Notes: generated by a model from the sequence alone, not told the origin. Positions 19,588 through 30,226 are shown, counted from the first letter of the stretch. The stretch: DNA of 64,000 bases from an uncultured delta proteobacterium (GCA_963745025.1 CAVUWD010000006.1:512001-576000), one strand, 5' to 3'. Numbers and translations are program-made.

Positions 19588-22296
19588 CTATGCTGTTTTC
19601 AGGAGCCGGGCTCGAGGGCGCCGAATCCTGGATCTGTGCTTCCGAGGCACCTTGGAACGCTTGCCGTTCGAGGGACGCAACGTTCTCCCTGGGACCGCCA
19701 CCTGGTCAAGAAACCCTTTCAGCGCCTCCGCGTGGGCCGACTTCCGCAAATGCTCCAAGGCGGCCACCTCGATTTGCCGGACGCGCTCCCGCGACACGCC
19801 GAGCTCCCTGCCCAGGTCCGCCAGCGTATGGTCGTCGCCCGAGCCGATGCCGTAGCGCCCGCGAAGCACGTAGGCCTCGCGCGAACCCAGCCCCGAGAGC
19901 GCGTGCTCTACGCGCTCGGCGAGTTCGCGACTCGTCACCGCGTCGACGGGATGGATCGCCCTCTCATCGGCGATGAAGTCTTCCAGCGTGGTCTCGCTGT
20001 CGGCGACCGGCACGTGCATTGAGATCGCGTCGTGAAGCTGTAGAAGCCTAGAGACTTCGGCGGGGGGCATCTGCGCTCTGCCGGCGAGGTCCTCGGGCGA
20101 AAGCGAAGTGCCGGCTTCGCTCAAGCCCTCCTGCGAGGTCCGCCGCAGTCGCGCCAGCTTCTCGGCGATGTGCATGGGAAGCCGAATGGTTCGGCCCTGG
20201 TCGGCGATCGCGCGCTGGATGTTCGAACGGATCCACCAGGTGGCGTAGGTCGAGAACCTGTATCCCTGATGGTGGTCAAACTTCTCCACCGCCCGCATCA
20301 GGCCAATGTTCCCCTCCTGGATGAGGTCGAGGAAGTCGAGGCCATGGCCGCGATACTTCTTCGCGATGGCCATGACGAGCCGCAGGTTGACCTTGACCAT
20401 CTCGTTCTTCGCGTGCTCCAGGCGGCGGACGGTGCCCTGCAACTCGCCCCACGTCCGCTTCATTTCCCCGAAAGGCAGGCCCGCCTGCTGCTCGATCCGA
20501 TGGATGTCTCGGCGTCCTCTGCTGCCTTTCTCTCGGAGGCTCGCTTCGGCTGCGACCACAAGCGCCCCGAGCTCGTCGCTCATCCGCTTCACGTGCGCGC
20601 GCGTGAGGCGCGTATCGGCAAGCACGATGGCCATCCGCTCCCAGAGAGCCTGAAGCTCCTCCTGGAGCTGCGCCGTGCGTTTCGAGGAGATCTTCCTGTC
20701 CGACAGCAGCTCTCGTCTTCGCGTGCTGCACTGCACTTCCAGCCTCGAGAAGTCGCCCAGGACGACACGGAGTTTGTCGTGAGCCTGCTGCTTGGCGTGC
20801 TCATCTTTGGGCACCGCGCTGACGACGATGTCCCATGAGGGCAGCTTTCCGTCATTCAGTCCGCAAGACAGGGCGGCGAGCTCTCTCGCAACGACTGCCG
20901 AGCGCAGGAGGAGCCGAAGCACGTCGCGTTCCGAGTCTTCAATCCTCCGGGCGAGCCCGAGTTCTTCCTCGGCGCTGGGGACCAGGAAACCGCCGGCGCT
21001 TCGCCGGTAAGCGGCCAAAGGATCGGAGCCACAGAAGTTGTCGATGCCGGAAACGGTCGTGCGCGGTCGCCCCTCCTTCTTCCCCGTCGTTGGCCGGGGC
21101 TTCCGCACGAGCACGGTCTCAGCCCAGGGAAACGGAAGGATGTGCTCGTCGGGAATGCGATCGCGCGCGCCCGGGATCTGCTTGAGCATCGCACGGTAAA
21201 TTAAGCCGCGCGTTCGCTTCTTGTAGCCGCCGAAGATCGGCTGAACCGTGCTGGGGCTCGTGGTGTAGCCCATGCGCCGCGCGGACTTCGCCACGCGGAT
21301 GGAGAGCTGGCGCTGCGTCGTATCCGGATGCTGCTCGAGCCAGGTCTTCGCCAGTGTTGCGATCGGTTGTGCGTCTACCCAGCACAAGTCGATCTGCTGG
21401 GTCTGCTTTTGCGCGGCCGCAGCCAGCTCGCCCTGAAGATCATCACCCTCCGGGAGGCTCTGCCGCAGCAAGGCTTCCATCTCGACGATCAGCGCATGTC
21501 GGACCTTCTTGAACCTGCCATCCACGGCCTTCTGGATCCGGGAAAGGCATAGCTCGATACCGCGTCGCCGCAGCTTCTCTTGAAGAATGACCGACAAGTG
21601 CCTCGATGACGGCTGGTGATTGCGGAGCTTCCACGCCCTTGCGAGGTCCACCAGGCGCTGCGCCGGCTCAAGGGTACGTTCCTGAAAGTAGGCTGCGATG
21701 TCCTTCCTGCTCTGCTGGTAGCGAGCGCGCGCTTCGTCTTCCGAGCCGATTCCGTGAGCCGAGAGAAAACCGAGCAGCACTTCGAGGACCTCACGTCGAG
21801 CGAGCGGTTGCTTCCCCGCCAGGATGTTCTGAAGCGGTTCGACCTTCAGATGCACGCCCCGACGGGAAAGCCGCACCGAGAGCAGCAGGGCGAGGCCGCG
21901 CCTGGAATGCGTGGGGTTGAAGAGCAGCCAGAGCTGGGCCAACGGGACGATCCGCTCGCTGGAGAGCCGCTCCGGCTGACGATCTTCCGGGGCGACCCAG
22001 AGGCCCGCCGTGCGGAGTGCCTTATCGATGTCGAGGTCAGTGCGTAGGCCGTTCGCGCGCAAGAGGACGTGCTGCATCGCACCCTGGACCTCGGGAGGGA
22101 CCGACGACACGCTTCCCGTCAGCTGCCGCTTGAGCGTTCGGACGTGGTAGTCGACGCCAATCGTTTCGAGATGCTCCTTGAGCTCGTGGGCAAGCGCTTC
22201 GCGATCGCAGCCCTTTTTCTGGAGAACGAGAGCTCCCATGGCGCGAAACAGCGCCCCTGGCATCCGCTCGAGCGAGCCGTGTGAGCCGTTCGTCAT
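19588..22296 (-). CDS. RpoD-like sigma-70 factor with ~420-aa N-terminal extension of four HTH-like repeats
   Basis: Region 1.2 DPLAAY..EEELGLA; region 2 [40 protein letters not shown]; region 3 RTIRLP; region 4 [12 protein letters not shown]. Confidence 0.9.
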   Translation of the reverse strand: MTNGSHGSLERMPGALFRAMGALVLQKKGCDREALAHELKEHLETIGVDYHVRTLKRQLTGSVSSVPPEVQGAMQHVLLRANGLRTDLDIDKALRTAGLWVAPEDRQPERLSSERIVPLAQLWLLFNPTHSRRGLALLLSVRLSRRGVHLKVEPLQNILAGKQPLARREVLEVLLGFLSAHGIGSEDEARARYQQSRKDIAAYFQERTLEPAQRLVDLARAWKLRNHQPSSRHLSVILQEKLRRRGIELCLSRIQKAVDGRFKKVRHALIVEMEALLRQSLPEGDDLQGELAAAAQKQTQQIDLCWVDAQPIATLAKTWLEQHPDTTQRQLSIRVAKSARRMGYTTSPSTVQPIFGGYKKRTRGLIYRAMLKQIPGARDRIPDEHILPFPWAETVLVRKPRPTTGKKEGRPRTTVSGIDNFCGSDPLAAYRRSAGGFLVPSAEEELGLARRIEDSERDVLRLLLRSAVVARELAALSCGLNDGKLPSWDIVVSAVPKDEHAKQQAHDKLRVVLGDFSRLEVQCSTRRRELLSDRKISSKRTAQLQEELQALWERMAIVLADTRLTRAHVKRMSDELGALVVAAEASLREKGSRGRRDIHRIEQQAGLPFGEMKRTWGELQGTVRRLEHAKNEMVKVNLRLVMAIAKKYRGHGLDFLDLIQEGNIGLMRAVEKFDHHQGYRFSTYATWWIRSNIQRAIADQGRTIRLPMHIAEKLARLRRTSQEGLSEAGTSLSPEDLAGRAQMPPAEVSRLLQLHDAISMHVPVADSETTLEDFIADERAIHPVDAVTSRELAERVEHALSGLGSREAYVLRGRYGIGSGDDHTLADLGRELGVSRERVRQIEVAALEHLRKSAHAEALKGFLDQVAVPGRTLRPSNGKRSKVPRKHRSRIRRPRARLLKTA

Positions 22297-22300
22297 GCAC

Positions 22301-22475
22301 CTACCCCCTCGCCTCTTCTACGGGCGCGGGGATGGCCTCGCGTCCGACCTCGGCGTCCCAGGCGGCGAGCCCTCCAGTGAGGCTGCGAGCGCGCGGGAAG
22401 CCGTAAGCCCGGAAGTAGGAGGCCTTGTCGAGGCTGCGGCGGCCGTCGTTGGAGTAGAAGACGAGCAGCGTGTTC
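22301..22475 (-). pseudogene. rhodanese-like domain C-terminal remnant
   Basis: LLVFYSNDGRRSLDKASYFRAYGFPRARSLTGGLAAW, ending just upstream of the sigma gene. Confidence 0.6.
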
Positions 22476-23095
22476 AGGCGATCCAGCGTGCCTATCCACG
22501 TGAAGGCCTTGTCCGTCGACCCTGCGACGGCGATGGCGGCCGGTGTCTCGGTGCGCCAACCACGCGCGACGAGCAGTTGATGCGATCGTCGTTCGTCGTC
22601 GCACCCGACCCAACAACGGTCAATGAGTTCGGCGCGAGCGGCTCGAGGACGGGTCGGAAGCTCTCCTCTGCGTGCTCAGCGACGACCACGAAGCCGGAGG
22701 ACAGACCGCGGTGGGTAAGCGGGATGCCAGACAGCACCGGCGCAGCGATCGCAGAGCTCACGCCTGGAATCACGTCGAACGGGACGCCAACCTTGGCCAG
22801 TGCTAAGGCCTCCTCGCCGCCGCGACCGAGCACGAATGGGTCGCCGCCCTTAAGGCGAACGACCCGAAGGCCCCGCCGCGCGGCGCGAACCATCAATCGG
22901 TGGATCGTCTCCTGGTCTACGGACTTCCGGCCGGCACGCTTGCCGACAAAGAGCCGTCGCGCTTGTGGCGCCAGCTTCAGCACGTCCTTACCAACCAGCG
23001 CGCCGTAGAGGACCAGGTTGGCGTCCGCGAGGCGCCGCACCGCCTTGAGCGTGATTGAGATCGGGATCGCCAGGGCGCCCAACGTCAATCACAGG
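22476..23095 (-). pseudogene. cobA: uroporphyrinogen-III C-methyltransferase, frameshifted and truncated
   Basis: PGDPDL/ITLKA, VGKRAG, VVRLKGGDPFVLGRGGEE, IPGVSSAIAAP, IPLTHRG; several frameshifts. Confidence 0.85.
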
Positions 23096-23232
23096 AGACT
23101 CCGCGTTTCGGGGCGTAGCTGCGATAGCAAAGCGACGTAGCCATTTGGAACCTATGTAAAATCTGTTCGACGCTGGTGGCCATCGGGTCGTGCACGACCG
23201 ACCTGGTTGCGACCAATTAGAGCAAATAGGCG

Positions 23233-23252
23233 CTTGACTTTAATTTGTCAAG
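23233..23252. promoter_or_regulatory. inverted-repeat operator overlapping a putative promoter
   Basis: CTTGAC-TTTAATTT-GTCAAG with TTGACT and TATACT nearby, in an AT-rich patch upstream of the regulator. Confidence 0.6.
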
Positions 23253-23288
23253 TATATACTTTTCAAACTTGCGTAACTGGAGCAAGGT

Positions 23289-24008
23289 ATGTACGCTACC
23301 GCCATGACTTCCGACGTGCCCAGCTCCGCACGGGAGCGGGTTCTTCATGTCCTCAAGACGAAGGGGCCCCAGACCTCGGCGCAAATCGCCAAGCGTCTCG
23401 GCGTTACTACGATGGCTGTGCGCCAGCATCTCGCCGTCTTGGAGGGGGAGAAGCTCGCCGACTTCACGGACGAACGCCGCAAGGTCGGCCGGCCTGCTCG
23501 CCTCTGGCGGCTGACGCCGAAGGCTTATGACCGGTTTCCCGACTGCCACGCGGAGCTCGCGGTCGGCATGCTCCAGGCGATCCAGCGCGCCTTTGGTGAA
23601 GAGGGTCTCGAACGCCTGACCGAGGAGAGGACACGGCAACAGGCCGAGGCCTACCAGGCGCTGATGCCCGGCCCGAATGCCTCGCTCGAGGAGCGTGTGG
23701 CCACCCTTGCGCGCATCCGGCGCGAGGAAGGCTACATGGCCGAGTTGCGGCACAACCACGATGGAACGATCGAGCTCGTTCAGAACCACTGTTCCATCGC
23801 GAAGGCGGCGCGTCTCTGCCCGAAGCTGTGCGGCGGCGAGCTGTCGCTCTTTCGTACCGTCTTGGGTGACGACGTCTCCGTCGAGCGGACCGAGCACATC
23901 CTCTCGGGAGGCAGATGCTGCTCCTACTGCATCACCGGCCAAGCCAACGAACCGGCACTGGACGGAACCTCGCAGCCCTCCGTGCAGCGCCTGATCGGTC
24001 CCGCTTAG
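23289..24008 (+). CDS. SufR-like HTH transcriptional regulator with Cys-rich C-terminus
   Basis: LGVTTMAVRQHL, VGRP...W.LT, EEGYMAE, NHCSI..AA..CP.LC..EL, HILSG.RCC.Y. Confidence 0.85.
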   Translation: MYATAMTSDVPSSARERVLHVLKTKGPQTSAQIAKRLGVTTMAVRQHLAVLEGEKLADFTDERRKVGRPARLWRLTPKAYDRFPDCHAELAVGMLQAIQRAFGEEGLERLTEERTRQQAEAYQALMPGPNASLEERVATLARIRREEGYMAELRHNHDGTIELVQNHCSIAKAARLCPKLCGGELSLFRTVLGDDVSVERTEHILSGGRCCSYCITGQANEPALDGTSQPSVQRLIGPA

Positions 24009-24078
24009 TGGCCGAATCCGGTCGCGCTGCGAAGGGACAGCGAAGGGAATACGTGTTCGAGGAGGAGAAGACGAACTG

Positions 24079-24544
24079 ATGAGCAACGCGCTACAGCCGG
24101 GAATCGATGAGGCACGCCTCGACGGGATCACGCGCACGCCGCTCCCCGGGTCGCGGAGAATCTACGCCACCGGAACGCTCTACCCGTTCCTTCGGGTTCC
24201 GATGCGCGAGATCCATCAAGCGCCAACCCAGGTGCACGGCGCGAGCAAGACGGCGACGATCAGCAATCCGCCGCTGGTCGCCTACGACTCGAGCGGGCCG
24301 TATACCGACCCCGAAGTGACGATCGACTTACGCAAGGGCCTTGCCCCACTCCGGGACACTTGGATCCGCGCTCGCGGCGACGTCGAGGAGCTGACCGCCG
24401 GCTCTCAGCTCTCGCGAGGCCATAACCTCGATGGCGTGCGCTTTCTGGCGTGGCGTCGCTGCGGAGGAGGCACTCGACAGGGGCCTCGAGGAGAAGTCGG
24501 CAGAGTTCCTTCAGGGTGGTGGTGAGCTCTATCGGAACGTGTGA
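24079..24544 (+). pseudogene. thiC: phosphomethylpyrimidine synthase with large internal deletion
   Basis: N-terminus PGSRRIY..LRVPMREI..YDSSGPYTDP..IDLRKGL..LR..WI; after ~24448 another frame gives the ThiC-like C-terminus [17 protein letters not shown]. Confidence 0.85.
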
Positions 24545-24558
24545 CCGCGGAATGTGCC

Positions 24559-25593
24559 ATGACGACGACCGAGCTTGTGCCGATCCATGAGAGGTTGACC
24601 GACAGACTCCAGCGGCCCCTGCGCGACCTTCGGATCTCGGTCACCGACCGCTGCAACTTCCGCTGCGTTTACTGCATGCCGAAGGAGGTCTTCGGCCGCG
24701 ACTATCCGTTCCTAGGGCGCGACAAGCTTCTCACGTTCGAGGAGACCGCCCGCCTGGCTCGGATCTTCGCATCCCTCGGCGTGCAGAAGGTCCGCATCAC
24801 CGGGGGAGAACCGTTGCTTCGCCGGGAGCTCGAAAGCCTGATCGCGATGCTGGCGCGCATCCCCGAGTTGGACCTCACGCTGACGACCAACGGGTCGCTC
24901 CTGACGGAGAAGGCGGCAGCGCTCAAGGAGTCTGGCCTTCGCCGGGTTACGGTGAGCCTCGACTCGCTGGACGATGACGTCTTCCGGGCGATGAACGACG
25001 TCGATTTCTCGGTCGACCGAGTTCTGGCCGGAATCGAGGTTGCCGCTCGGGTTGGTCTTACGCCCATCAAGATCAACGTGGTGGTCAAGCGCGGCGTAAA
25101 CAAGCACAGCATCCTGCCAATGGCCCGGTACTTCCGCGGGACGGGCCATATCCTGCGCTTCATCGAGTACATGGACGTCGGCCACTCGAACGGCTGGCGT
25201 CTCGATGATGTCGTCTCGGCCGCCGAGATCCTCTCGACGATCGATGCCGAGATGCCCATCGAGCCCGTCAACCCGAACTACCGTGGTGAAGTAGCAGGTC
25301 GATGGCGCTATCGCGACGGCAGCGGCGAGATTGGCATCATCGGATCGGTGACACGCCCCTTCTGCCGCGAATGCAGCCGCGCGAGGCTCTCAGCAGACGG
25401 ACAGCTCTTCACGTGCCTGTTTGTGACGGCGGGTCATGACCTCCGAGCCCTCCTCCGGGGCGGCGCTACCGATGCGGAGATCGCAGAGGGCATCTCCGGC
25501 GTGTGGCGGGCCCGGAGCGACCGCTATTCGGAGATTCGCTCCGCGGAAACCGTCATGCTTCCCAAGGTCGAGATGTCCTACGTAGGCGGCTAG
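24559..25593 (+). CDS. moaA: GTP 3',8-cyclase (radical SAM)
   Basis: [52 protein letters not shown]-terminus. Confidence 0.96.
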   Translation: MTTTELVPIHERLTDRLQRPLRDLRISVTDRCNFRCVYCMPKEVFGRDYPFLGRDKLLTFEETARLARIFASLGVQKVRITGGEPLLRRELESLIAMLARIPELDLTLTTNGSLLTEKAAALKESGLRRVTVSLDSLDDDVFRAMNDVDFSVDRVLAGIEVAARVGLTPIKINVVVKRGVNKHSILPMARYFRGTGHILRFIEYMDVGHSNGWRLDDVVSAAEILSTIDAEMPIEPVNPNYRGEVAGRWRYRDGSGEIGIIGSVTRPFCRECSRARLSADGQLFTCLFVTAGHDLRALLRGGATDAEIAEGISGVWRARSDRYSEIRSAETVMLPKVEMSYVGG

Positions 25594-25669
25594 AGATGCG
25601 TTTCTTCGGGCCAACAGAGGAGATGGCCGCGCGAAACGGTGCCGACCTGCGCGATCAAGGGGCTCCGTC

Positions 25670-26005
25670 ATGACGCTGCTGCGCGCCGGAGCGCTCTTCG
25701 TGGCTACGGCGATCGCCGACATTCCCGGGTGCTACCTTCCGTACCTGTGGCTTCGACAAGGACGGTCAGCGATTCTCTTGATTCCAGCCGCGCTCAGCCT
25801 CGCAGCGTTTGCCTGGCCTCTGACGCTCCATCCGACGGGCGCGTCCCGAACGTACGCCGCGTACGGCGGGGTCTACGTAACGGGCGCCGTGCTTTGGTTG
25901 TGGCTCGTAGAGAACAGGACACCATCGCGCGCGGATCTGATCGGCTCCGCGGTGGCCGTGCTTGGCATGGCAATCATTGTTCTCGGGCACAGGAGCTCAC
26001 CGTGA
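25670..26005 (+). CDS. YnfA (UPF0060) membrane protein
   Basis: [15 protein letters not shown]...[15 protein letters not shown]; some conserved residues look eroded. Confidence 0.85.
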   Translation: MTLLRAGALFVATAIADIPGCYLPYLWLRQGRSAILLIPAALSLAAFAWPLTLHPTGASRTYAAYGGVYVTGAVLWLWLVENRTPSRADLIGSAVAVLGMAIIVLGHRSSP

Positions 26006-26961
26006 ACTCCTCCGTGGCCACCCTGCCGGGCTCCGGTGCGGCCGTAACGCACGCGGCAGGCTCCATCGTCTCCCTGATCGCGAGTGCAACGGAGATCGTC
26101 TGTGCCCTTGGGCTCCGCGATCGCTTGGTGGGCATCTCACACGAGTGCGACTTCCCTGATGACGTGCGGGGCCTGCCGGTCTGCTCCGAGCCGCGCATCG
26201 ATCCCAGCCAGTCGGGCGGACAAATCGACCGCGCTGTGCGGGACCTGATCCGCGAGGGGACCAGCGTCTACCACGTGCGCACCGAGGTGCTCGAGAGGCT
26301 TCGCCCGGACCTCATCGTGACCCAGGACCAGTGCCACGTCTGCGCGGTGTCCCTCGCGGACGTGGAGCAGGCGTGCTCGACGCTGACGCACAACCCAGTT
26401 CGCATCTGCTCGCTGACCCCGCACACCCTCGCGGACATCTACTCCGATTTCGAGCGTGTCGGAATCGCCGCTGGGGTGCCCGAGCGCGGTCAAGCGCTTG
26501 CCTCCGAGCTCCGGGGCAGGCTCGATACGCTGAGAAGCGCGGCCGAGCTCGCACAAGGCCCCAAAGTGGCGTGCATAGAGTGGCTAGACCCGCCGATGGT
26601 GGCGGGTGGCTGGATGCCGGAACTCGTCCGGATCTTGGGTGGGACCCCAGTGCTCGTGACCTCGCCCGAGCGATTTCGGACAGTCGCTTGGGACGACATC
26701 GCGGCCGCCGACCCTGACGTCGCGGTCATCATGCCCTGCGGCTACCCCATCTCAAAGACGCTAGAGGAACTCGGCGACGCGCGCGTCGGGGCAACGCTGC
26801 GCCGGCTGCGCGCAACGCGCATTGGGCGCACGTTCGTCGCGGATGGAAACGCGTACTTCAACCGACCGGGCCCGCGAATCGCCGACAGCGCGGAGATCTT
26901 GGCCGCGCTCCTTCATCCCGACCGATTCTCTCTGCACGGTGGGGTCGAGCGCTGGTCGTAA
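26002..26961 (+). CDS. BtuF-like cobalamin/siderophore-binding family protein (no signal peptide)
   Basis: [55 protein letters not shown]. Confidence 0.85.
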   Translation: MNSSVATLPGSGAAVTHAAGSIVSLIASATEIVCALGLRDRLVGISHECDFPDDVRGLPVCSEPRIDPSQSGGQIDRAVRDLIREGTSVYHVRTEVLERLRPDLIVTQDQCHVCAVSLADVEQACSTLTHNPVRICSLTPHTLADIYSDFERVGIAAGVPERGQALASELRGRLDTLRSAAELAQGPKVACIEWLDPPMVAGGWMPELVRILGGTPVLVTSPERFRTVAWDDIAAADPDVAVIMPCGYPISKTLEELGDARVGATLRRLRATRIGRTFVADGNAYFNRPGPRIADSAEILAALLHPDRFSLHGGVERWS

Positions 26962-26972
26962 GGAGGACAGTA

Positions 26973-27323
26973 ATGGATGCCACCGCATTCGTGCAGGAAC
27001 TGGACTCGTTCAAGGCCGAGCGTCTTTCTCCGATCGTGGAAGCGGGGCAGACGTCGCTTCTGGGCGGTGCGCACGGCGACGCCAAGAAGATGTTGCAAGT
27101 GGCGCTGGCCAACGAGATCAGCGTGAGCGAGTTGGCGGCGGCGTGGATGCCGAGCACGCCGGAGGTGGACGTGAAGATTGCGTTCGCTCGACAAGCGGGG
27201 GACGAGGCCGGACACGTCCAGCTTGTGGCGCGGGAGACCGTGGCCAGGGTTCTCGAGATCGCCACCGCCGCCCGTGCCCAGGCCGCGGAACAGATGGGCA
27301 CCGCCTGCTTTCCAGGGTGCTGA
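26973..27323 (+). pseudogene. ferritin-like domain protein with apparent in-frame internal deletion
   Basis: ALANE, RQAGDEAGH (first ExxH), then jumps to the C-terminal ...PGC; second helix pair absent. Confidence 0.6.
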
Positions 27324-27606
27324 GCGACTTTGAGCAAGGCGTGCGCGCCACGGACTCGCATGACAAGTCAGGTTCGACCCACCAGCTGCGAAGCGCTCCC
27401 GTTTCCCGAGAGCCTGTGCCACCGCTGCGCCGCGCCACCGAGATACGTCCGGACAGCAACCTCGGTATTCATCCGGTGTCCGCTTCTGGCCAACAAGTAT
27501 CCTCCTCAACCCATTCTCTCGTGCCCTTTGTTCCGACCCCCAGAAGGCGAGCAGGGCGACGACAGAAAACCCGCCGACAACGATTTCTCGGAGAAAGACG
27601 GATGAG

Positions 27607-27951
27607 ATGAGCCTAGCCGACCAACGATGCATCCCATGCCGCGGTGCAGTTCCACCGATGGAAAGAAGCCGTGCCGAAGAGCTGCTGCGAGAGGTGGACG
27701 ATGGCTGGCGACTTAACGCGGATGGTCATCTCGACCGCACGTACTCTTTCGAGAATTTCGCCAAGGCCATGGCCTTCGCGAACAAAGTGGCCGACATCGC
27801 AGAAAGCGAGGGCCATCATCCAGATCTCCACATCGCATGGGGCAAGTGCACGGTGGAAATCTGGACGCACAAGATCCGCGGCTTGACCGAGAGTGACTTT
27901 TACTTCGCCGCCAAGGCGGACCGCGCATTCAAGACCACAGACAAGAGTTGA
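27607..27951 (+). CDS. phhB: pterin-4-alpha-carbinolamine dehydratase
   Basis: CIPC, AESEGHHPDL, WTHKI.GLTESDF..AAK.D. Confidence 0.92.
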   Translation: MSLADQRCIPCRGAVPPMERSRAEELLREVDDGWRLNADGHLDRTYSFENFAKAMAFANKVADIAESEGHHPDLHIAWGKCTVEIWTHKIRGLTESDFYFAAKADRAFKTTDKS

Positions 27952-28379
27952 CGCCACCGCTCGCGTTGCACGACCCAGTCCAGGGACTTCAGCACCGAGT
28001 CTCGCAGCCGTCGCTCGCTGATGGGCTGCTCTCCCGGCGGCACATCGAGGAACAGAATCTCGGCCTGGATGTCGGGCGCGAGGAGAAGCAGGTCCATGAT
28101 CTGCGTGACCCGCGCCCTGGTAAGGCCAAGCGCTCGAGCTAGAAGCCGCGATAGACCACGACCGTGAAGAGCGCTCGGAAAGAAGTGCGCGAGTCCCCAC
28201 GCTGCCTCGTCGCGGACCCACTGACCGAAGCCCTTGCCGCTCGTGGCCGTCTCCGCGTTGACTTCGGCTCGCGGCCGTTGTGTCGCTCCCGGTCCAGCAG
28301 AGTTCGAGTAGCCTCCGGGCCTGGTCGGCTCGATCACGATGACCGGCGGCGTGCTGCCGTATGGATCTTTGAAGCTCAT
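27900..28379 (-). pseudogene. chimeric ORF: unknown N-terminus fused to a large-serine-recombinase-associated C-terminal domain
   Basis: LARALGLTRARVTQIMDLLLLAPDIQAEIL...ERRLR...DW..QR.RW resembles genes beside large serine recombinases. Confidence 0.6.
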
Positions 28380-28699
28380 GTGTGTGCTCCTCCTCTCTCG
28401 AGCACCTCGACGATGTGGTTGAGCTCACCGTTGAAGATGGATTCGACGAGCCATCCCTTGCCGACTGCCTGCTCGAACCAACGCCGCAGCAACATCGACA
28501 TGGTGATGACTGCAGCCCACTTCGCGCTGAGTAGCGCCTCACGCAGCCACCAGTTGCGGCGCTTCTTCGCGCGCCACCAGCTTCGGATTCGGCGCCCCTG
28601 TGCGCGCACGAATGTTGGAATGGCACGCAGCAGCGCGACGCCGCCTCTCCAGTGCCGTTCGATCGGGCGCCAAACGCGCTCGATCAGTCTTTGCAGCAT
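28376..28699 (-). CDS. hypothetical basic, Trp-rich protein
   Basis: AAGGAGGTG RBS before MLQRLIERV; ATGA overlap with the next ORF. Confidence 0.5.
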   Translation of the reverse strand: MLQRLIERVWRPIERHWRGGVALLRAIPTFVRAQGRRIRSWWRAKKRRNWWLREALLSAKWAAVITMSMLLRRWFEQAVGKGWLVESIFNGELNHIVEVLERGGAHT

Positions 28700-28819
28700 C
28701 CTCACCTCCTTCATCTCTTCAGGAGCTCGGCCTTCACGAAGACGAACGGGTCTCGGATCTCCCACGCCGGCGCCTCGTCGTATCCGGGCAGGCACCTGAT
28801 CGCGGTCACCGTCAGCGAC

Positions 28820-29323
28820 TCACAGAACGCGGCCGCCTCGGTCTTGCTCCCAGTCGTTCGTCTCGCAGGACTGGTACACGAAACAACGGATCGCTTTGAG
28901 GACGATCACCGGATCGGGCGATCCCGGCAGCATCTTGAAGCTGTATTCCGGCACTGGCTCCTCTTCGTCGTAACGGTAGTTGACGCTCCGGCGGTTCTCG
29001 GCGATGAGCATTCGCCCGACGTCGTCCCGGGTGAGCTCGTTCAGCTCTCGCTCCTTCCTCGGATCGTCCCAGTACCAGCGAAGCGGCCCATAGGGACGCA
29101 CCAGGATGAGCCCCGCGGTCACGAGCGCGTTGATATGCGTCGCTCCGACCATGAAGGCCGGGACGGGCGCGGCCTGGCGCGATTCCTTGATCTTCTCGGC
29201 GAACAGCTCCTCGGCGACTTCCTTAGTTGACGCGGTGAGCCGGCGACGCACGCCGTGGGCGTCGAGGTAGTCAACCTGCCAAACGTCCTGCTTCGCTCGC
29301 TTGCGCTTACGGATGCTCGCCAT
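28820..29323 (-). pseudogene. fusion of an integrase arm-binding N-terminus to a phage/plasmid hypothetical protein
   Basis: MASIRKRK..WQVDYLDAHGVRRR (about 55 aa) followed by AFMVG..HINALV...ENRRSVNYRY...CFVYQSCE..DW. Confidence 0.65.
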
Positions 29324-29584
29324 CTCAACCCTTCTTCTTCGGCTTAGGCTTTCTCTCCGAGAGGAGTCTTAGCAGCAGCGCCAGCGACTCCTTGATCCCG
29401 ATCTCGCCCCGCTCCTGTCTGGCAATCGCACAGCATGCTGTAGCGGGAGTCACCAGGGGCTGGCAGCTCTTGAGCACGAAGAGCCACCTCGCCGGCGAGG
29501 GTGAGGGCGACCAGGACCATTCGTAACACACCAACCATCGTGCTGAGGCATACCGCTGTGGCTTCTCGATATCGGGCCGACAAA

Positions 29585-30025
29585 TCAACGCGGAAAAACT
29601 GGTTGTGCATCCCGCAATAGAGCCGCCGGCACCTCTGTCATGGCACCCGAGCGCACTTCGACCTGAACCTTGCGGTACGTAGTGCCGTATACAGAAGCGA
29701 CGATATAGCGGCCAGGGGCGATCGGACGCACTATCGGCTCCTCACCACTTCGTCCGTCTCGGTTATCGATATCCGCCTGCAAGAGATGGCCGTCGTCGGA
29801 GTAGAGGTCGTACGGCCGGCGCAGATTGTAGTACGTCTCGCGGCCGATCATCCGAAGATCGGCGTCGGTTTCGACTCGCAGGTAGCCGACGCCTGCCGCG
29901 TCATTTGCGCCGCCGGCCAAAAGCGGTACGACGTATGGGATCGCATCGTTCCACGCCAAGGCCGCAGGGGGCACCTGCGTTGCGCACCCGAGCGCCGCCA
30001 GCAGACCAACCGCGAGTATCGGCAT
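29585..30025 (-). CDS. hypothetical lipoprotein
   Basis: Lipobox-like ALGC after a hydrophobic stretch; PGRY..V.V beta-rich C-terminus; start uncertain. Confidence 0.6.
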   Translation of the reverse strand: MPILAVGLLAALGCATQVPPAALAWNDAIPYVVPLLAGGANDAAGVGYLRVETDADLRMIGRETYYNLRRPYDLYSDDGHLLQADIDNRDGRSGEEPIVRPIAPGRYIVASVYGTTYRKVQVEVRSGAMTEVPAALLRDAQPVFPR

Positions 30026-30226
30026 TGGATCGACGAGCGCTGGCTTGTTTCGGGTGTGCTCCGCCACGCGATGGACGGCGATCACGGCCACGATCGCCAG
30101 GTAGAAGCCGTAGGCGCTGACCAGGACAGGTAGCGGCCAAAACCCGGCGGCCGTGCGCTTGTGAGCGCGCGCGTGGAAGAGTTGCACTCGGCGGCTGTGC
30201 GATCTACTGTCACCGCCGTCACCACG

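Noticed and set aside
23233-23252. FNR/CRP box
   Set aside because: The spacer is 8 bp rather than the FNR TTGAT-N4-ATCAA; more likely an autoregulatory operator.
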